This document shows, in pieces, positions 46,794-56,472 of a stretch of 64,000 nt of DNA. The position numbers and the translations under genes were made by a program. Under the pieces are notes generated by a model that saw only the letters and a list, made by a program, of their open reading frames with translations, was not told the DNA's origin and did not search any database. The stretch lies in NCBI GenBank assembly GCA_031425655.1, contig JANPJS010000045.1, positions 1-64,000 of the forward strand, written 5' to 3'. Each line of letters opens with the position of its first letter. The first letter of the stretch is position 1. The stretch comes from Abditibacteriaceae bacterium (GTDB lineage Bacteria; Armatimonadota; Abditibacteriia; Abditibacteriales; Abditibacteriaceae).

Positions 46794-48788
46794 ATGCACG
46801 ATTTTCTGAATTTTCGCCAGATTCATCTCGACTTTCACACCAGCGAAGCCATTCCCGGCATCGGCGCCGAGTTTGATCCCGAAGAATACGCCGCTACGCT
46901 CGATAAAGCGCGCGTTAACTCGATCACGACTTTTGCGCGCTGTCATCACGGCTGCATTTATTACGACTCAAAAGTGCATCCCGAACGCGTTCATCCGCAA
47001 TTATCGCGCAAGAATTTACTCGTCGAGCAAATCGAAGCCTGCCACAAGCGCGGCATAAAAGTGCCGATTTACACGACGGTTCAATGGGACGAATACACCG
47101 CCGACCGTCACCGCGATTGGCTGATGATTGACGAAAACGGAGCGGAATTCGGCACCAAACCCTTTGATGCCGGTTTTTATCGCAACCTCGACGTGTTTCA
47201 TCCCGGTTATCGCCAGTTTCTCTACGATCACGTCAAGGAATTGCTGGAAACCATGCCCGTTGATGGGATTTTCTTCGACATCGTGCAAAACCGGCCCTCG
47301 GTTGCCAAACATTGGTTGGACGCGATGGATAATCTGGGCTTCAACCCCGAAAACGAAGGCGAACGCCAACGATTCGCGGCCAAAGTGCACGATGAATGGG
47401 CGCTGGAAATGACCGAATTCATCCGCCAAACCCACAAAGACGCGACGATTTTCTACAACTCCGGCCACGTCGGGCCGCGCCACCGCACTTCGATGGCGGC
47501 CTATTCTCATTACGAACTGGAATCGCTGCCGTCGGGCGGTTGGGGCTATTTGCACTTTCCGCAAGCGATGCGCTATGCGCGCGGCTTGGGCAAAGACTGC
47601 TTAGGCATGACCGGAAAATTTCACACCTCGTGGGGCGATTTTCACTCGTTCAAAAACCCCGCCGCGCTGCAATTCGAGTGCTTTCATATGCTGGCTTTGG
47701 GCGCCAAATGCTCGGTCGGCGACCAGTTGCATCCGTCGGGCCGAATTGACGAAACAACCTACGATCTTATCGGCGGCGTGTATAGCGAAGTCGAAAAGAA
47801 AGAAGCGTGGTGCCGGGGCGCGATTCCGATCAACGAAATCGGCTTGCTCACGCCCGAAGAATTCGTGACGCAGCGCCCGGCCTTCAACGCTAAATCCGAC
47901 CGCGACCAACCGGCAGTCATGGGCGCGATTCGGATGCTGCAAGAGCTTCGTTTGCAGTTCGATATTCTCGATTCCGACCGCGATTTTAATCAATATAAAT
48001 TGCTGATTTTGCCCGATGAAATTCCCGTTGACGACGTGTTGGCCGAAAAACTGGAAAATTATTTGGCCGGCGGCGGCTCGATTATCGCCTCGTATCATTC
48101 GGGCTTATCGCACGATGGTGCGAATTTCACCTCGCGCGCGTGGGGCGTGAATTATGTCGGCGATGCGCCGTATTCGCCCGATTTCATCGTGCCCGGCGAA
48201 CTGAGTAACGGTCTGCCCGAAACCGGCCACGTCATGTATTTCAAAGGCTTGGAAGTGCAGCCTGAAAGCGCGCAGGTTTTGGCGCGCGTCGAAGTGCCGT
48301 ATTTCAACCGCACATGGCGCCACTTTTGTTCGCATCGCCACACGCCGTCGAAAGGCGAAATCGCCTATCCAGCGGCGACGAAAAATGCGCGCGTTATTTA
48401 TTTCGCACACCCGATTTTCGCGCAATATCAGGACTGCGCGCCGCGCTGGTGCAAGCAACTGGTCTCGAACGCCATTGACCTGCTGCTGCCCGAAAAACTG
48501 GTCGAAGTCACCGGCCCGTCGTCGCTTTTAGCCACGCTTAACGAGCAACCGGAACACAATCGTCGCGTGCTGCACCTGCTTCATTACATCCCCGAACGGC
48601 GTGGGCAAGCCTTCGACATTATCGAAGACGTGATTCCACTGCATTCGCTAAAAGTCAGCGTTGCGGGCGAAGCGCAAAGCGTAAAACTGGTGCCGTCCGG
48701 CGAAGAATTAGAATTTCAAAACGAGGGCGGGCGCGTGCTTTTCACGCTGCCGAAATTGGACGGGCACGCGATGGTGGAGATTAGTTGA
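46794..48788 (+). CDS. Putative alpha-L-fucosidase (GH151-like) with beta-galactosidase trimerisation domain
   Basis: 'RQIHLDFHTSE', 'FARCHHG', 'DGIFFDI', 'ELESLPSGGWGY', 'KFHTSWGDF'. Confidence 0.8.
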   Translation: MHDFLNFRQIHLDFHTSEAIPGIGAEFDPEEYAATLDKARVNSITTFARCHHGCIYYDSKVHPERVHPQLSRKNLLVEQIEACHKRGIKVPIYTTVQWDEYTADRHRDWLMIDENGAEFGTKPFDAGFYRNLDVFHPGYRQFLYDHVKELLETMPVDGIFFDIVQNRPSVAKHWLDAMDNLGFNPENEGERQRFAAKVHDEWALEMTEFIRQTHKDATIFYNSGHVGPRHRTSMAAYSHYELESLPSGGWGYLHFPQAMRYARGLGKDCLGMTGKFHTSWGDFHSFKNPAALQFECFHMLALGAKCSVGDQLHPSGRIDETTYDLIGGVYSEVEKKEAWCRGAIPINEIGLLTPEEFVTQRPAFNAKSDRDQPAVMGAIRMLQELRLQFDILDSDRDFNQYKLLILPDEIPVDDVLAEKLENYLAGGGSIIASYHSGLSHDGANFTSRAWGVNYVGDAPYSPDFIVPGELSNGLPETGHVMYFKGLEVQPESAQVLARVEVPYFNRTWRHFCSHRHTPSKGEIAYPAATKNARVIYFAHPIFAQYQDCAPRWCKQLVSNAIDLLLPEKLVEVTGPSSLLATLNEQPEHNRRVLHLLHYIPERRGQAFDIIEDVIPLHSLKVSVAGEAQSVKLVPSGEELEFQNEGGRVLFTLPKLDGHAMVEIS

Positions 48789-48807
48789 ATAAGTGGGTGA
48801 CTACTCC

Positions 48808-49869
48808 ATGCCTGCAAAACGACGCCGCATCGCCATTGCTGCACTGCTGTTGATCCTGCTTTGCGGCTTGCTGTGGCTGAACATTCGCCGCAAGGAGAAC
48901 CTCATTGTGGCGGCGCAGGGGCGTGAAGCTTTTCGCATTGCTTTTGTGCCCGACGGTTCAGCGATTGCTTGCGGCGGCGTTGATGGAACCGTGCGTTTTT
49001 GGGATGTCAACGTGGATTGGTGGCGTTCGCGGCGAGTGCTGAAAACTTTTACTGGACATCGCAGAGGCATCACGCAATTGACGTTCACGAGAGACGGAAC
49101 GCTGATGGCAACGGCGGACGCAAACGGCGAAATCAGAATTTGGGACGTGGCGCAGAGCGCGTTGCGTCGCGTTTTTCCTGCACGAAAAGACACCATTGTC
49201 GCGCTGACTTTGTTTCCCGACGATCAAACTTTAGCAGTTACTTTCGACCCGCCTTACTCCTCACCGCCAAAATATGGGCCGAGCTGGCTGGAATTGTGGA
49301 ACATTTCGTCAGGTAAACGACAGCGCGTTATCACAGTCATTCAGGCCAGAGGAATCAGTGTTTCTCCCGATGGGCGCTTTTATGTTGTAAGACACGACTT
49401 AGATTCCGAAAAGAAATGCTGCGAGCCAAAGGGTGAATTGCGGCGCTTATCCGACGGTAAGTTGCTCCGCGTCATGCAAGGATTCGGTTACGATATAGGC
49501 TGTTGCACCACCCTATTTTCTCCCGATGAGAAGACCTTAGCGCCAATTACGGGTGTGGGCTTTGCCCAAACTTGGGACGTAACCAGTGGAAAACTGCTGC
49601 ACACCTTTTCTACTCATGCATCTCCGTTTTTCGGAGTAGCAGCGTTTTCGCCTGATAGCGGTTGGTTGGCAATTGGTGGAGGTGGGTGGGGAATTAATCC
49701 CCATACGCCAGTGAATTTATTTTCGGTGAAGTCACCGGCTGTTAGCCGCGACATCGGCCCTTACCTCACGACTGAAAATGCGGTTGTTGATGTCGCGTTT
49801 TCGCCCGATAGCACTTGGCTTGCTACCAGCCGCTATGGAATTGGCGTGCAGGTTTGGCGCATCAAATAA
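48808..49869 (+). CDS. WD40-repeat protein
   Basis: 'DGTVRFWDV', 'GH...ITQLTF..DG', several 'FSPD' repeats; N-terminal TM. Confidence 0.88.
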   Translation: MPAKRRRIAIAALLLILLCGLLWLNIRRKENLIVAAQGREAFRIAFVPDGSAIACGGVDGTVRFWDVNVDWWRSRRVLKTFTGHRRGITQLTFTRDGTLMATADANGEIRIWDVAQSALRRVFPARKDTIVALTLFPDDQTLAVTFDPPYSSPPKYGPSWLELWNISSGKRQRVITVIQARGISVSPDGRFYVVRHDLDSEKKCCEPKGELRRLSDGKLLRVMQGFGYDIGCCTTLFSPDEKTLAPITGVGFAQTWDVTSGKLLHTFSTHASPFFGVAAFSPDSGWLAIGGGGWGINPHTPVNLFSVKSPAVSRDIGPYLTTENAVVDVAFSPDSTWLATSRYGIGVQVWRIK

Positions 49870-49899
49870 TCACCGTGCGCCACAAATTTAACGTCAGAT

Positions 49900-49939
49900 G
49901 AAACAAAAATCCTCACGCTCTGCGCGAGGATTTTTGTTT
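49900..49939. terminator. Hairpin terminator
   Basis: AAACAAAAATCCTC-acgctctgcgc-GAGGATTTTTGTTT. Confidence 0.65.
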
Positions 49940-49996
49940 TTGTAATCTGCTGTTCACATGGCTGCATTAGAATGCTGTGGGGAGTTTGAAATTGCG

Positions 49997-52900
49997 ATGA
50001 GTATGGATTTGAACAAAGCAAGCGCGGCGGGCAGTCGGCAAATGCTGCAATACGTCAATTTGAAATTGGGATTTCTCGGATGCCCGACGGTCGGCACGGC
50101 GGGCGATCCACAATTTAACCAGATGCTTTCGGCGCTGCTGGTGCGCCAACAGGAAACCGACCGCTTATTGGCCGATTATTTGTGCCCGGCGGACGCGCGC
50201 ATCCAAGAATTTTTACAGCGCACGCTAAAAGATGTCGCCGATTGCCCGAAATTGCCGTCGCGCACGTTCGTGCTCGATCAGCCGGAATTGGCGCGCACGC
50301 TTTCGTTGCCGCCCGACCGCGATGAGTTCGTGTCCGACATCGTGAGTTCGTATCGCGTGCGGCAGGGCGTTTTGCACAATCCGGCCAGCGAAAGGCGCAC
50401 TACGCACGGCATTTTTCATATTGTCGAAGGCGGCTTGCCGATCCCCGACGATAAAAAAGGCGTGCCCAAAGCCGCTTATGCCAATCTGCTGAAATTGGCG
50501 CTCAATCCGCCGCGCGAGTTGATGAAACTGCCCTTTACCTCGTCGCAGCAAGCGCAAGCCGAATGCTGGGTTTCGCTGCTGTTGCGTCCGCTTGTTTGCC
50601 CCAAAGTGCCCGGTTATATAGGTGAAAAGCGCACGGAAATTCGCTTTTTCGTGCCGGGAAACTTGGTCAGCAACCTCGATTTCGTGGAAACGATTTTCGG
50701 CAACGCCGGCGACCCGTTTTTGCCGTCCAACGATGCCGCACTTGATGTCGAAGGCTGGACGGGGCACACAGGCTGCGTGATTTTGGCGCCGCATTTAACC
50801 GGCGTGTTGAAAAAAGACATCGGCCTGCCGCATTGGGACGATGCTACCGAACGTCAGCGCCGCGACGGAATGTGCTGGAAAAGTGCCGATGAAAAATACA
50901 ACGAAGGCGGTGCTTTTAAAGTCGCCTGTCGTGACGAAAGTGGCGTGATGGTCACCATCATTACCGACAATTATTTCGGCTACTGCAAAAAGGAAGTCAA
51001 GACGCAGATCAGCTTTTCGGCCAACCTTTCAGGCCGTTACGAAGAAGAACACGCGGGCGGCGCCTTAGTTTTTCCGGCTTACGATTTAGGCGAAGAGTTC
51101 AGCGGCGAAGCGCACGCGCCGCTGCAAGAGCATAATTTTGCCGATGCTCTGGCTGAATATGCCGAAATAATGCGCGAACAGCCCGAAGGCCACGCGATTG
51201 ATGCCAACTTTTCCAGCATCGTTTATGTGCCCGAAAACGCGCACTTCGATTTGCCGACGCAAAGCGTAACGTGGCCGCGCGGCGACGGCGAATCGCGCAT
51301 CAAACTTTTGCCGGAAAAAGTCTACGTGCGGCCATCGGGCTATCGCGTGTGGATGGAAAAAGTGCCGGGCGGACGCGGCTGGCGCTTGGTCGGAACCGTC
51401 GCTGAAGGCACGCTGTGTCACAAGCCTTGCACCGTTTCGGGCGGCGGCAAATCGGAGATTTCCAAGCCGATTACCGATGCGATTTTGCAAGGCCCGGTTT
51501 TCGTCGCCGATTTTCAAAAAGACTTCGATGTCGTGGAACAGATCATCAACCGCGATTATTCGGATCGTTTCAGCGAGCAATATCGCCAAAAACTCTCCAT
51601 CAATCGTGACAGTCGCCCGATTCTTGGCTCGCAGCGCTCGCTTGGCTCGGTTATAAAGCTGCTGATTCCGGCTTCGCGCGATTACAACGTCGAATACAAC
51701 GACTGGCTGAAATCTATTCCGCAATACCTCAAAGAATTGGTTTTCGTGGTCAAGCGCCTTTACAAACCGGAATGGGACGGCAACTGGCGCGAGCATTTCA
51801 GCGTGGACGTGATTAACGGCACGCCGGGCAACGAACTCAAGTGCGACAACCGCAAAATCATCTCGCATTATCTGCGCGTGGGCTACGCGGAAGACGGCTC
51901 GTGGCGCGTTTTCGGATTGCGCCAAGACTTTCATCCCGCCGCCAAATTGGCCGTTGAAGACGATATTTCGGCTTCGATTGTCGTGCCATCAAGTGTGCTG
52001 GAAAACCTCAATCCAAATTACCAAAACCCGTCTGTGAAATTCGTGCAGAACTGCGAATTCCGCTTGTTCCAACGGCCCGACGACGCCATTCATCGCGGCT
52101 ACGACAAACAATGCGAAGCCGATTTCGCGCAGCCCGATAACTTTTTCAGCAACTACGAACCGCTGACCGTCGCGCAGGCGCGCGAAGCCATCGAGGATTT
52201 CATCGGTTTCGACCAATATACGGCGCCGATGCAGCAACTCATCGAAAACGCGGCCAACGAGCCGGGCGCCGATTATTTCGTGTCGTCGGCGCATCCGCGT
52301 TTGGTAGACGGGCAGCCTTCGAAAAACCCGCGTTATTTGCAAAAACGTCCCGATTTGGTGCATCCGCGCGAATCGTATATCGCCGATATTTGCGCGCGAA
52401 TGCGGCGGCGTATTCCATTGGACAAGCCGCTTTATCAGCCGGTCAATGCGGTTTTGCCGGGACGCCGCAATAATCCGCCGGACGCCGCAGCCGGTATTCG
52501 TTCACTCGCGGTTTACAACCCGATTCACTTCATGGAATTGCCCGAACTTTTCATGGAATTCATTTGCAGCATGACGGGAAAATCGCCTTCGACGACCGGC
52601 GCCGGTTCGGAAGGCGCGATGACAAAAGGGCCGTTCAACGCCCTGCCGCCGATTTTAGATGTCAACGCCGCGCTCATTTCCTACGTGCTGACCGGCTACG
52701 ACGGTTTCGTGACAGCCGCCGGTTATGTCGGGCCGAAAGTGCGCGTAGATCACGATGTCAGCCTGCTGGTGCCCGAAGTGTGGTGCCGCATGGCTGTGGC
52801 CGAGCGTGAGCCGGATTTCCTGATTCGCAACGGTTATTTGGAAAAATGCGAGGATTTTGAACACGACGGCCAAAAAGTGCTGACCAGCCGCCTGGGTTAT

Positions 52901-53386
52901 CGCATCACGCGGCGTTTCGTGCGAACGTATTTCGGGCGCGTTTTCAACCATCCTCAGGCGATTTTCACCGAAGAAATGCTGCGTCCCGAAAAGCAAAGCG
53001 TGGAACTCGTCGTGGACGGCATGAGCAACATCGTCGAAACGCAAAAGCGCGTGGCCGAAGGCTATTTCGCCGATGGCAGCATCGAACTCGCGTGTCCGCC
53101 GCTGCGCGCCATTTTGCACATCATGCGCGATGGAACTTTCGAGGGCAAAGAACTCAGCGACCCCGAAGTGCGCGACTTGTTTTCGCGCGAAAGTCTGCTG
53201 CGTAGCGCTTGGTATCATCAGCGCGAAGCGGCACTTGGCGCCGCCGATGCGCGCTTGTGGCAGCGCCATGTTGATTATTTAGAAGATTTTCTGGCGCGTC
53301 CCAATTATGTCGAAGAAGCCGAGCGGCTTGGCATCGCCGAGCGGCTTGCGACGGCGCGCGAAGCGCTGGCGAAGTTGCAGGCGTAA
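49997..53386 (+). CDS. PPi-type phosphoenolpyruvate carboxykinase
   Basis: About 1130 aa; 'GVLHNP...RTT.G.FH', 'DNYFGYCKKEVKTQIS', 'EEEHAGGA', 'CHKPCTVSGGGKSEISK', 'GKSPSTTGAGSEGA.TK.PFN'. Confidence 0.88.
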   Translation: MSMDLNKASAAGSRQMLQYVNLKLGFLGCPTVGTAGDPQFNQMLSALLVRQQETDRLLADYLCPADARIQEFLQRTLKDVADCPKLPSRTFVLDQPELARTLSLPPDRDEFVSDIVSSYRVRQGVLHNPASERRTTHGIFHIVEGGLPIPDDKKGVPKAAYANLLKLALNPPRELMKLPFTSSQQAQAECWVSLLLRPLVCPKVPGYIGEKRTEIRFFVPGNLVSNLDFVETIFGNAGDPFLPSNDAALDVEGWTGHTGCVILAPHLTGVLKKDIGLPHWDDATERQRRDGMCWKSADEKYNEGGAFKVACRDESGVMVTIITDNYFGYCKKEVKTQISFSANLSGRYEEEHAGGALVFPAYDLGEEFSGEAHAPLQEHNFADALAEYAEIMREQPEGHAIDANFSSIVYVPENAHFDLPTQSVTWPRGDGESRIKLLPEKVYVRPSGYRVWMEKVPGGRGWRLVGTVAEGTLCHKPCTVSGGGKSEISKPITDAILQGPVFVADFQKDFDVVEQIINRDYSDRFSEQYRQKLSINRDSRPILGSQRSLGSVIKLLIPASRDYNVEYNDWLKSIPQYLKELVFVVKRLYKPEWDGNWREHFSVDVINGTPGNELKCDNRKIISHYLRVGYAEDGSWRVFGLRQDFHPAAKLAVEDDISASIVVPSSVLENLNPNYQNPSVKFVQNCEFRLFQRPDDAIHRGYDKQCEADFAQPDNFFSNYEPLTVAQAREAIEDFIGFDQYTAPMQQLIENAANEPGADYFVSSAHPRLVDGQPSKNPRYLQKRPDLVHPRESYIADICARMRRRIPLDKPLYQPVNAVLPGRRNNPPDAAAGIRSLAVYNPIHFMELPELFMEFICSMTGKSPSTTGAGSEGAMTKGPFNALPPILDVNAALISYVLTGYDGFVTAAGYVGPKVRVDHDVSLLVPEVWCRMAVAEREPDFLIRNGYLEKCEDFEHDGQKVLTSRLGYRITRRFVRTYFGRVFNHPQAIFTEEMLRPEKQSVELVVDGMSNIVETQKRVAEGYFADGSIELACPPLRAILHIMRDGTFEGKELSDPEVRDLFSRESLLRSAWYHQREAALGAADARLWQRHVDYLEDFLARPNYVEEAERLGIAERLATAREALAKLQA

Positions 53387-53395
53387 CGAAGAAAC

Positions 53396-53428
53396 AAAGG
53401 CCGTCGCACGATGGTGCGGCGGCCTTTG
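53396..53428. terminator. Hairpin between convergent genes
   Basis: AAAGGCCGTCGCAC-gatg-GTGCGGCGGCCTTT. Confidence 0.7.
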
Positions 53429-53432
53429 CAAT

Positions 53433-53900
53433 TTATCCGCGCTGTTGAAATTGCGGTATGCCGCGTGGCGCGTCGGGATGCGGCGGGCGGCTGTAGCGGT
53501 AGGAGCGGCGCAGCAAACACAAAATGCGTCCGACATAAATCGGCGCCTCGAAAGGAAAGGCGATGCAATCGTCGGCGCCGGTATTGAGGCATTGAATCTG
53601 GTGCAAAGCATCAGTGTGCTTGGTCAGGAAAATCATCGGTATCGTCGAGGTCAGGCGAATTTTTGAACACAATTCCTGACCGCTGATGCCGGCCACGGCA
53701 TCGCCGACAATCAGCAGTTGTGGATGCCATGAATTCATTTTCTCAAACGCCGCCGCTTCGCTGATGACGCGCACCAAGTCGAGGCGATCTACCTGTTTCA
53801 AGATGTCCAAGCAGTGTCGCGCGACGTGTTCGGTGGCTTCGATGATAAGCACGCGCGCCGGAATGCGGCGCTCGTGTTCGGAAGGCGGAGTGTGGGACAT
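53433..53900 (-). CDS. Single-domain response regulator (atypical receiver)
   Basis: 'ISGQELCSKIR..STIPMIFLT', 'GADDCI..PF'; canonical acidic pocket and Lys are altered. Confidence 0.75.
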   Translation of the reverse strand: MSHTPPSEHERRIPARVLIIEATEHVARHCLDILKQVDRLDLVRVISEAAAFEKMNSWHPQLLIVGDAVAGISGQELCSKIRLTSTIPMIFLTKHTDALHQIQCLNTGADDCIAFPFEAPIYVGRILCLLRRSYRYSRPPHPDAPRGIPQFQQRG

Positions 53901-54026
53901 AATGTTTTCCTTTGTTCAAGGGTGTGTTGCCACACAAAGCGCAGTGTTTGAGTGTTAATCGAGAATCACGTCACGCTCGCCGGCTTGGTTGACGCTCCGG
54001 CGCGCCTTTGCCATGCTGAAAAGGCA

Positions 54027-55022
54027 ATGAATTCTTTGACGACACTCGTAAATTTTCAAGAACTGGCCGATGTTTCATTAAGTGGCGCGCTGCTGTCGCG
54101 CGAACAGGCCCGCGCGGTTTTAAACGCCGACGAACCGCAGCAAAGCGAATTATTAAACGCCGCGCTGCGAGTGCGCGAAACCTATTTCGGGCGCCGCGTG
54201 AAGCTGTGCGTTTTGCTGAACGCGCAAAGCGGCATCTGTCCCGAAGACTGCGGATATTGTTCGCAATCGAAGATTTCCAAAGCTTTGGTTGACAAATACA
54301 AGCTGCTACCCGAAGACGTCATGGTGCAACGCGCGCAAGACGCCGCGCGTTCGGGCGCCAAACGCTTTTGCATGGTGATTGCAGCGCGCGGCCCGCAGCA
54401 AAAAGATGTGGATCGCATCAGCGCCGCCGTGACGCGCATCAAAAGCGATGCAGCCACGCAAAAGCTGGAAATCTGTGCTTCGCTGGGCCTCATGAATCGC
54501 GCGCAATGCGACCAGTTAAAAGCAGCGGGCGTGGATTACGTCAATCACAATCTCAATACCAGCGAAAGCCATTACGAGAAGATTTGCACGACGCACTCTT
54601 ACGCCGACCGCGTGGAAACCATCAATCACGTCAAAGACGCGGGCCTGCAAACTTGTAGCGGCGGCATCATCGGATTGGGCGAAAGTGACGAGGACATCAT
54701 TGACATGGCGTTCGCGCTGCGCGCCATGAACATCGAAAGCATCCCGATGAACACGCTACTTTCCTTAGACGGCACGCCGATGCAGGGACAGCCCGATGTC
54801 GAGCCGGATCGTGCTTTAAACGTGCTGTGCCTGATGCGCCTTTTGAATCCCGATAAAGAAGTGCGCGTGGCCGCAGGCCGCGAACGCTTGGGCGAAAAGC
54901 AATCTCTGGCGCTTTATGCAGCCAATTCGCTTTTTGTGGACGGCTATCTCACCACACCCGGCGACCCGCACGCTGAGGTCAAAAACTGGATCGAAGCCGC
55001 CGGATTTGAAGTGGAAATTTAA
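54027..55022 (+). CDS. bioB: Biotin synthase
   Basis: 'CPEDCGYCSQS', 'CASLG', 'VNHNLNTS', 'CSGGIIGLGES', 'AAGRE'. Confidence 0.95.
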   Translation: MNSLTTLVNFQELADVSLSGALLSREQARAVLNADEPQQSELLNAALRVRETYFGRRVKLCVLLNAQSGICPEDCGYCSQSKISKALVDKYKLLPEDVMVQRAQDAARSGAKRFCMVIAARGPQQKDVDRISAAVTRIKSDAATQKLEICASLGLMNRAQCDQLKAAGVDYVNHNLNTSESHYEKICTTHSYADRVETINHVKDAGLQTCSGGIIGLGESDEDIIDMAFALRAMNIESIPMNTLLSLDGTPMQGQPDVEPDRALNVLCLMRLLNPDKEVRVAAGRERLGEKQSLALYAANSLFVDGYLTTPGDPHAEVKNWIEAAGFEVEI

Positions 55023-55023
55023 G

Positions 55024-55103
55024 TTCACCGCCGAGACGCTGAGACGCAGAGAAATTTAAGCATATATTTGGTTTTCTCTGCGCCTCAGCGCCTCGGCGGT
55101 GAA
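55024..55103. mobile_element. Gene-less inverted-repeat element with three 8-bp units per arm
   Basis: TTCACCGCCGAGACGCTGAGACGCAGAGAA...TTCTCTGCGCCTCAGCGCCTCGGCGGTGAA. Confidence 0.85.
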
Positions 55104-55121
55104 TAAGAAAAGGTGGTTTTC

Positions 55122-55916
55122 ATGTTACGCAGTGCCAAAGATTTACACGGTTATACGCTCCACGCCAGCGGGGCACTCTCTGGGTCGGGAAATATCGGTC
55201 ATGTGGACGAGTTTTACTTCGATGACGAAAGCTGGACGGTGCGTTATTTCGTGGTGGACACCGGCCACTGGCTGCCGGGCCGGCGCGTTTTAATGGCGCC
55301 GCAGGCCATCGAAAAGGCCGATTGGGGCACGCGTCAGTTGCATACCAATCTCACGCGCGAGCAAGTCGAAAACTCACCGGATTCCGGCACGCATCAGCCT
55401 TTGTCACGGCGCTGGCAAGCACATTATCACGCGTATTATCAATGGCCGGTTTACTGGGCCGGCGCCGCGTTAGGCGGATTGGCCGCTTATCCAAGCCTGC
55501 TCGCCGAACAAGAGCCGGAACCGCTGCCCGATGCCCCCGGCGACGAAGATTCGCATCTGCAAAGCTCGGCTGACGTGACGGGCTATCAAATTCACGCGGT
55601 TGACGGCGATATTGGCCACGTCGCCGACTTCATCGTGGACGACGACAATTGGGCGATTCGCTATCTCGTGTTAGATACCGGAGCGTGGTGGCCCGGCAAA
55701 AAAGTGCTGCTCTCGCCGGCGTGGATTGAGGCCGTAAAATGGTCGGAAGCGAAGGTTTACACGCCGCTTTTGCGCGAGGCGATGCAAAGCAGCCCGGCGT
55801 ATGAATCGCGTTATCCCATCACGCGCGATTACGAAGTGCAGCTTTTCGCGCACTACGGCCAAACCCAATATTGGGACGTGGAAGATCACGCCAAACACCG
55901 CGCCGAGAATCCGTAA
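55122..55916 (+). CDS. PRC-barrel domain protein (two barrels)
   Basis: Duplicated 'IGHV.(E/D)F..DD..W..RY.V.DTG.W.PG..VL..P'. Confidence 0.9.
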   Translation: MLRSAKDLHGYTLHASGALSGSGNIGHVDEFYFDDESWTVRYFVVDTGHWLPGRRVLMAPQAIEKADWGTRQLHTNLTREQVENSPDSGTHQPLSRRWQAHYHAYYQWPVYWAGAALGGLAAYPSLLAEQEPEPLPDAPGDEDSHLQSSADVTGYQIHAVDGDIGHVADFIVDDDNWAIRYLVLDTGAWWPGKKVLLSPAWIEAVKWSEAKVYTPLLREAMQSSPAYESRYPITRDYEVQLFAHYGQTQYWDVEDHAKHRAENP

Positions 55917-55922
55917 AATAGG

Positions 55923-56018
55923 TCAATGACCGCTGACGGCCCATTGCAGCAGTTGCGCTTTCTCCTCCCATGTCATGCGCGTCAGCAATGGTTCGACTTC
56001 AAGCAGTGCGCTGGTCAT
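55923..56018 (-). pseudogene. Probable N-terminal remnant of a DUF433-type antitoxin gene
   Basis: 'MTSALLEVEPLLTRMTWEEKAQLLQW' resembles the leader of DUF433 proteins but stops after 31 aa. Confidence 0.45.
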
Positions 56019-56137
56019 GGTGAGTTTGAGTGTGAGCCAAAGCTGCCGCGCTGAACGAATCTGAACACCTCTTCGTTTATGTCGTATAATCTCCCCAAAT
56101 CGGCCCCGCCAAAGGTGCCGCTTCAAAGGAGATTGTC

Positions 56138-56398
56138 ATGCAGAAAACAGATCGTTTGACCAAGACGTTGCTTGCCTTGCTGGTTCTCGGCGTGTGGGGT
56201 TTGCTCCTGCGCCCCCTCGTCCCCGTCACGCCCGCCGAGGCGCAATCGGGCGGGCGCACCAAGTGGGAATATGTTGTGCCGGATATGGATGGCAGCTTGA
56301 ATGGCGCCATAGCAGCTTGTAATCGGATGGGTAAAGAAGGGTGGGAACTTGCAGTCGTATCTGGTCACGCTTTTTATTTTAAGCGCCCTATCAGATAA
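56138..56398 (+). CDS. Small DUF4177-like protein
   Basis: AAGGAG RBS; TM/signal; 'KWEYVV...N.MG.EGWEL..V....FYFKRP'. Confidence 0.75.
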   Translation: MQKTDRLTKTLLALLVLGVWGLLLRPLVPVTPAEAQSGGRTKWEYVVPDMDGSLNGAIAACNRMGKEGWELAVVSGHAFYFKRPIR

Positions 56399-56417
56399 CA
56401 CTGATCCCGAAACAAGA

Positions 56418-56455
56418 CGAAAGCGCCGCCCGAATCGGATTCGGGCGGCGTTTTT
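56418..56455. repeat. Palindrome/terminator, inverted copy at 57555-57596
   Basis: CGAAAGCGCCGCCCGAATCGGATTCGGGCGGCG. Confidence 0.75.
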
Positions 56456-56472
56456 CGTTGTGAGGGCAAAAT

